In this document: in pieces, positions 60,303-64,000 of the stretch | Layout: each line of letters opens with the position of its first letter | How positions within the stretch are numbered: position 1 is the stretch's first letter | Translations under genes and position numbers: made by a program | NCBI GenBank assembly: GCA_035550735.1 | Contig: DASZOM010000026.1 | Coordinates: forward strand, 141,459-205,458 | DNA length: 64,000 nucleotides | Reading direction: 5' to 3' | From: Acidimicrobiia bacterium | GTDB taxonomy: Bacteria; Actinomycetota; Acidimicrobiia; Spongiisociales; ZC4RG35 | Notes under the pieces: generated by a model | What the model saw: only the letters and a program-made list of their open reading frames with translations | The model's database searches: none | What the model was told of the DNA's origin: nothing

Positions 60303-61444
60303 CCCTCCCCCTGGTCGTCCTCGGGGCGACCGGATCCATCGGGGCCCAGACCCTGGAGGTCGCCGACAACCTGGGTCTGCAGGTCGCCGTGGTGGCGGCG
60401 CGTCGGGCATCGGCCGAGCTCCTCGCAGTCGCCGAGCGCTACCCCGAGGCCCACGTGGTGGTCGCCGGCGGTTCGAGTGAGGAGCGTGAGGACTTCCGGC
60501 GCCGGGTCGGGCGAGAGGTCGGCTTCGGTCCCGAAGCAGTGCTCGCCTTCGCGGCCGAGCCGGGCCGGGTGGTGGTCAACGGCATAGTCGGGGCGGCCGG
60601 TCTGCGCGCTACGGTGGCCGCCCTGACGGCGGGCAATCGGGTGGCCCTGGCCAACAAGGAGAGCCTGGTGGCCGGCGGACCGGTGGTGACCGCGGCCCTC
60701 GCCGCCCATGGCGGGGAGCTGATCCCGGTGGACAGCGAGCACTCCGCTCTCTACCAGTGCCTCCAGGGCGAGGACCCCGACTCGGTGAGCAGGCTCATCC
60801 TCACCGCTTCAGGCGGCCCGTTCCGGGGCCGCTCCCGGGAAACGCTCGCCGCGGTGACCCCGGAGGAGGCTCTGAGACACCCTACCTGGGACATGGGCCC
60901 CCGGATCACGATCGACTCGGCCACGATGTTCAACAAGGGCCTGGAGATCATCGAGGCCCACCATCTGTTCGGGATCGACTACGACCGGATCGAGGTGGTG
61001 GTGCATCCCCAGTCGACCCTGCACTCGGCCGTCGAGTTCGTGGACGGGTCGTGGAAGGGGCACATCGGCCATGCCGACATGAGGATCCCGATCCAATACG
61101 CATTGACCGCCCCGGAGCGATCCCCCTCGCCTGCGCCCCCATTCCGGCTCACCGGCCTGACCCTCGATTTCGAGGCCCCCGACCGGGAGGTGTTCGGCGC
61201 GATCGACCTCGCCTACCGGGCGGGAAGGGCAGGGGGGTCGGCCCCGGCCGTCCTCAACGCCGCCGACGAGATAGCCGTCGAGGCGTTTCTGCAGGGGCGG
61301 CTCGGCTTCCTGGGGATCACCGACGTGGTGGCACGGGCCCTCGACGCGGTCGATTCGAGGGCCGTGGAGACGGTCGAGGACGTCCTCGACGCAGATCGCG
61401 AGGCGCGGGAGATGGCTGCGTCGTTGATCGCCGGTGTCTGCTGA
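60299..61444 (+). CDS. dxr: 1-deoxy-D-xylulose 5-phosphate reductoisomerase
   Basis: GTG start overlapping the cdsA stop. VVLGATGSIGAQTL is the NADPH-binding motif. The rest matches Dxr throughout. Confidence 0.9.
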   Translation: MTLPLVVLGATGSIGAQTLEVADNLGLQVAVVAARRASAELLAVAERYPEAHVVVAGGSSEEREDFRRRVGREVGFGPEAVLAFAAEPGRVVVNGIVGAAGLRATVAALTAGNRVALANKESLVAGGPVVTAALAAHGGELIPVDSEHSALYQCLQGEDPDSVSRLILTASGGPFRGRSRETLAAVTPEEALRHPTWDMGPRITIDSATMFNKGLEIIEAHHLFGIDYDRIEVVVHPQSTLHSAVEFVDGSWKGHIGHADMRIPIQYALTAPERSPSPAPPFRLTGLTLDFEAPDREVFGAIDLAYRAGRAGGSAPAVLNAADEIAVEAFLQGRLGFLGITDVVARALDAVDSRAVETVEDVLDADREAREMAASLIAGVC

Positions 61445-61474
61445 TAGGAAGGGGCCCCCAGGTATCCTTCTCGC

Positions 61475-62557
61475 ATGCTCGGGGGCTTCGCAGCAGCCAT
61501 AGCCATCGTCGTCTTCGTGACCGCACACGAGGCCGGGCACTTCTTCGCGGCAAAGGCCACCGGCATGAAGGCGACCGAGTTCTTCTTCGGGTTCGGCCCC
61601 AGGATCTGGTCGACTCGCAAGGGGGAGACGGAGTACGGGTTCAAGGCGCTGCCCCTGGGGGGTTACGTCCGCATCGTGGGCATGAACCCGCTCGAGGACG
61701 TCCCCATCGAGGATCTGGGCCGCACCTATCGCGAGAAGAAGTTCTGGGAGAAGTCTGTGGTCGTCCTGGCCGGGGTCGCCATGAACTTCCTCATCGCCTT
61801 CATCATGTTCTGGGGCCTGTTCGTCGCCAACGGTGTCAACGAGCTCATCCCGGTGGTCGATGTCGTGGTCGAGGGCTCGCCTGCGGCCGAAGCCGGCATC
61901 GAGACCGGTGACCGCATAACGGCAATCGGTGATCGAACCATCGCCACCTGGGAGGACGCCACCGGCAGTCTGAGTCGTCTGGGCCCAGGCCGCACCGAGG
62001 TCACCGTCGTCCGCGACGGTGCCGAGATGGTCCTCGAGGCGTACCTGACCGAGAGCGAGACCGTCTCCGGGGCCGGGTACCTGGGGATCGCCCCGGTGGC
62101 GGAGAACGTGCCGGTCGGGGTGTTCGGCGGGCTGGGCATGGCCGGCGAGGCGGTCTGGGGTGGCATCGAGGACACCTTCCGGTCGCTCTACCAGATGTTC
62201 CGCCCATCGAGCCTGGCCCACTACATCGGTGTCTTCGGCGGCGACACGGACGTCCCCACCGAGATCCGGCCGGTCAGCCCGATCGGCATAGTGTCGATCG
62301 GCAACCAGGCGGAGAACGCGGCCGGGTTCTTCGGCATCCTCGCCTACGTCAACGTGATCCTGGCCACCATCAACCTCCTCCCCCTGTTCCCTCTCGACGG
62401 TGGGCACTTCGCCGTCGCCCTGTACGAGAAGGTCTCCGGGCGCCAGGCCAATGTTCGCAAGCTGATGCCGGTGGCTGCTGCGGTGATGGGAACCCTCTTC
62501 TTCCTCGGGTTCGTGGCCATCATCCTCGACATCGTCAACCCGATCAGCTTCGGCTGA
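61475..62557 (+). CDS. rseP: Site-2 protease / M50 zinc metalloprotease with a PDZ domain
   Basis: The HEAGHFF zinc motif is in TM1, a PDZ domain lies in the middle, and the C-terminal LDGG motif is present. Confidence 0.8.
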   Translation: MLGGFAAAIAIVVFVTAHEAGHFFAAKATGMKATEFFFGFGPRIWSTRKGETEYGFKALPLGGYVRIVGMNPLEDVPIEDLGRTYREKKFWEKSVVVLAGVAMNFLIAFIMFWGLFVANGVNELIPVVDVVVEGSPAAEAGIETGDRITAIGDRTIATWEDATGSLSRLGPGRTEVTVVRDGAEMVLEAYLTESETVSGAGYLGIAPVAENVPVGVFGGLGMAGEAVWGGIEDTFRSLYQMFRPSSLAHYIGVFGGDTDVPTEIRPVSPIGIVSIGNQAENAAGFFGILAYVNVILATINLLPLFPLDGGHFAVALYEKVSGRQANVRKLMPVAAAVMGTLFFLGFVAIILDIVNPISFG

Positions 62558-62577
62558 GCCCTCGGGGAAGGGGTGTC

Positions 62578-63837
62578 GTGGCATCGGGGGCCCGAAAAGG
62601 GGCGGGCACATCTACCGTTGACCCCGTGAACATCGAGCGACGCCCGACGCGACGGCTGCAGGTTGGCGATGTCGCCGTTGGCGGGGGCGCACCGATCAGC
62701 GTCCAGTCCATGACGACGACCAAGACGGCCGACGTGGACGGGACCCTGGCCCAGGTGTACGCCCTGGCCGGGGCGGGTGCCGACATCGTGAGGATCACCT
62801 GCAACGAGGTCGAGGCGGCCCAGGGCCTGGCCGAGATCGTCCCCCGCAGCCCGGTGCCGATCATCGCCGACATCCACTATCAGTACCGGCTCGCCCTCGC
62901 CGCCATGGAGGCCGGCGTCCAGGGGCTGCGGCTCAATCCGGGCAACATCCGCAAGGAGGACCAGATCAAGACCGTCGCCCGGGAGGCCAAGGACCGGGGC
63001 CTCCCGATTCGGATCGGGGTCAACGCCGGGTCACTGGACAAGGACCTCCTGGACAAGTACGGGGCACCCGTGCCCGAGGCACTGGTCGAGTCGGCCCAGA
63101 TCGAGATCAGGTATCTCGAGGAGGTCGGCTTCGAGGACATCAAGATCTCGGTGAAGCACTCCAATGTCCGGTCCATGGTCGAGTCCTACCGTCTTCTCGC
63201 CGACACGGTCGACTACCCGCTCCACCTCGGGGTCACCGAAGCCGGGCCGCCTCCCGCCGGGTTGATCAAGTCGGTGGCCGGCATCGGGACACTGCTCAAC
63301 GAGGGGATCGGCGACACCATCCGGTTCTCCCTCACCGCCGACCCGGTCGAGGAGGCCAAGGCCGGCCGTCAACTGCTGGAGTTCCTGGGCCTCCGCGAGC
63401 GCAAGGGCCTCGATCTCATCGCCTGCCCTTCCTGCGGCCGCGCCGAGGTCGACGTGATCGACGTGGCCACCCGGGCCCAGCAGGCACTGGAGGCGGCGAA
63501 CCTTCCGATCCAGGTGGCCGTCATGGGATGTGTGGTCAACGGTCCCGGAGAGGCCCGGGAGGCCGACATCGGGATCGCCGCCGGACGGGGCCGGGGACAT
63601 CTGTTCATCAAGGGACAGGTGGTCCGGGTCGTCCCCGAGGCCGAGATGGTCGAGGCTCTCCTCGACGAGGCACAGAAATTGGTCGAAGAGGGCCTCGAGG
63701 CCCGCCTCGCCCACGCCGAGGCCAACGCCGCCGAGATCGCCGACGCCGAGCGCCGACAGCTCATCGAGATCAGGGGGGACGCCAACCGGTCGGCAGAGAG
63801 ACGGGCAAGGGTCGCCGACGTGGCCGGGGGCGACTAG
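62578..63837 (+). CDS. ispG: 4-hydroxy-3-methylbut-2-enyl diphosphate synthase
   Basis: GTG start. The TIM-barrel N-domain (ISVQSMTTT) and the C-terminal 4Fe-4S domain CPSCGR...GCVVNGPGE are present. Confidence 0.9.
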   Translation: MASGARKGAGTSTVDPVNIERRPTRRLQVGDVAVGGGAPISVQSMTTTKTADVDGTLAQVYALAGAGADIVRITCNEVEAAQGLAEIVPRSPVPIIADIHYQYRLALAAMEAGVQGLRLNPGNIRKEDQIKTVAREAKDRGLPIRIGVNAGSLDKDLLDKYGAPVPEALVESAQIEIRYLEEVGFEDIKISVKHSNVRSMVESYRLLADTVDYPLHLGVTEAGPPPAGLIKSVAGIGTLLNEGIGDTIRFSLTADPVEEAKAGRQLLEFLGLRERKGLDLIACPSCGRAEVDVIDVATRAQQALEAANLPIQVAVMGCVVNGPGEAREADIGIAAGRGRGHLFIKGQVVRVVPEAEMVEALLDEAQKLVEEGLEARLAHAEANAAEIADAERRQLIEIRGDANRSAERRARVADVAGGD

Positions 63838-64000
63838 GGCGACCCCACTACCAGGGGTGCGGCCGGCTCGATCATCGTCTCGGAGACGTCGGGGGATCGA
63901 TAGAGGCACACCAGGGCGTACTGCCCCCCTTCGATGTCGACGGTCTCGGCCACACTGTCGACGCCGGTGCCGTCCTCGATCTGCAATGACACGACCTCGG

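Noticed and set aside
60809-62611. 600-aa minus-strand ORF
   Set aside because: It is antisense to dxr and rseP, both of which have unambiguous signatures on the plus strand.
1-64000. Screen for CRISPR arrays, IS elements, integrases other than xerC, and tRNA/rRNA genes
   Set aside because: No arrays of direct repeats with spacers were found. No transposase- or phage-integrase-like ORFs were found. No intergenic gap has tRNA-like structure. The xerC gene is in its conserved chromosomal context rather than an island.

Overview
This is a high-GC (about 70%) bacterial chromosomal window. Gene content and gene order look Actinobacteria-like (compare the rplS-lepB-(rnhB)-DUF2469-yraN-comM-dprA-xerC region of M. 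tuberculosis). It holds about 70 densely packed protein-coding genes. I found no rRNA or tRNA genes, no CRISPR arrays and no transposase or IS elements.

Two conserved blocks form the backbone. The first is ffh-rpsP-KH-rimM-(insert)-trmD-rplS-lepB-DUF2469-yraN. The second is comM-dprA-xerC-whiG-like sigma-queG-rpsB-tsf-pyrH-frr-cdsA-dxr-rseP-ispG. Accessory cargo inserted between them includes two ABC exporter modules plus a TetR regulator, amt-glnK-glnD preceded by a GlnR-box-like motif, and a NEW3-domain surface protein with an ABC-2 transporter.

The upstream half holds etfBA, deoA, a tricorn-type protease, upp, ppc and an LCP protein. It also holds an arginine block (argC, a bifunctional argA/B, and an acetylornithine-type carbamoyltransferase argF') that is typical of Xanthomonas-type arginine biosynthesis rather than the canonical actinobacterial pathway.

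The most unusual locus is a regulator-rich island at 17.3-26.3 kb. It contains a LAL-type LuxR ATPase regulator divergent from a translationally coupled TetR / alpha-beta hydrolase / (alpha-beta hydrolase fused to a GT1-GT28-like glycosyltransferase) operon, followed by OsmC, a FAD monooxygenase and a redoxin. Next to it lies an orphan CoxD(MoxR)-CoxE(VWA)-split XdhC maturation module with no structural molybdoenzyme genes in the window.

Many long antisense ORFs in the six-frame track are high-GC artefacts and were rejected.
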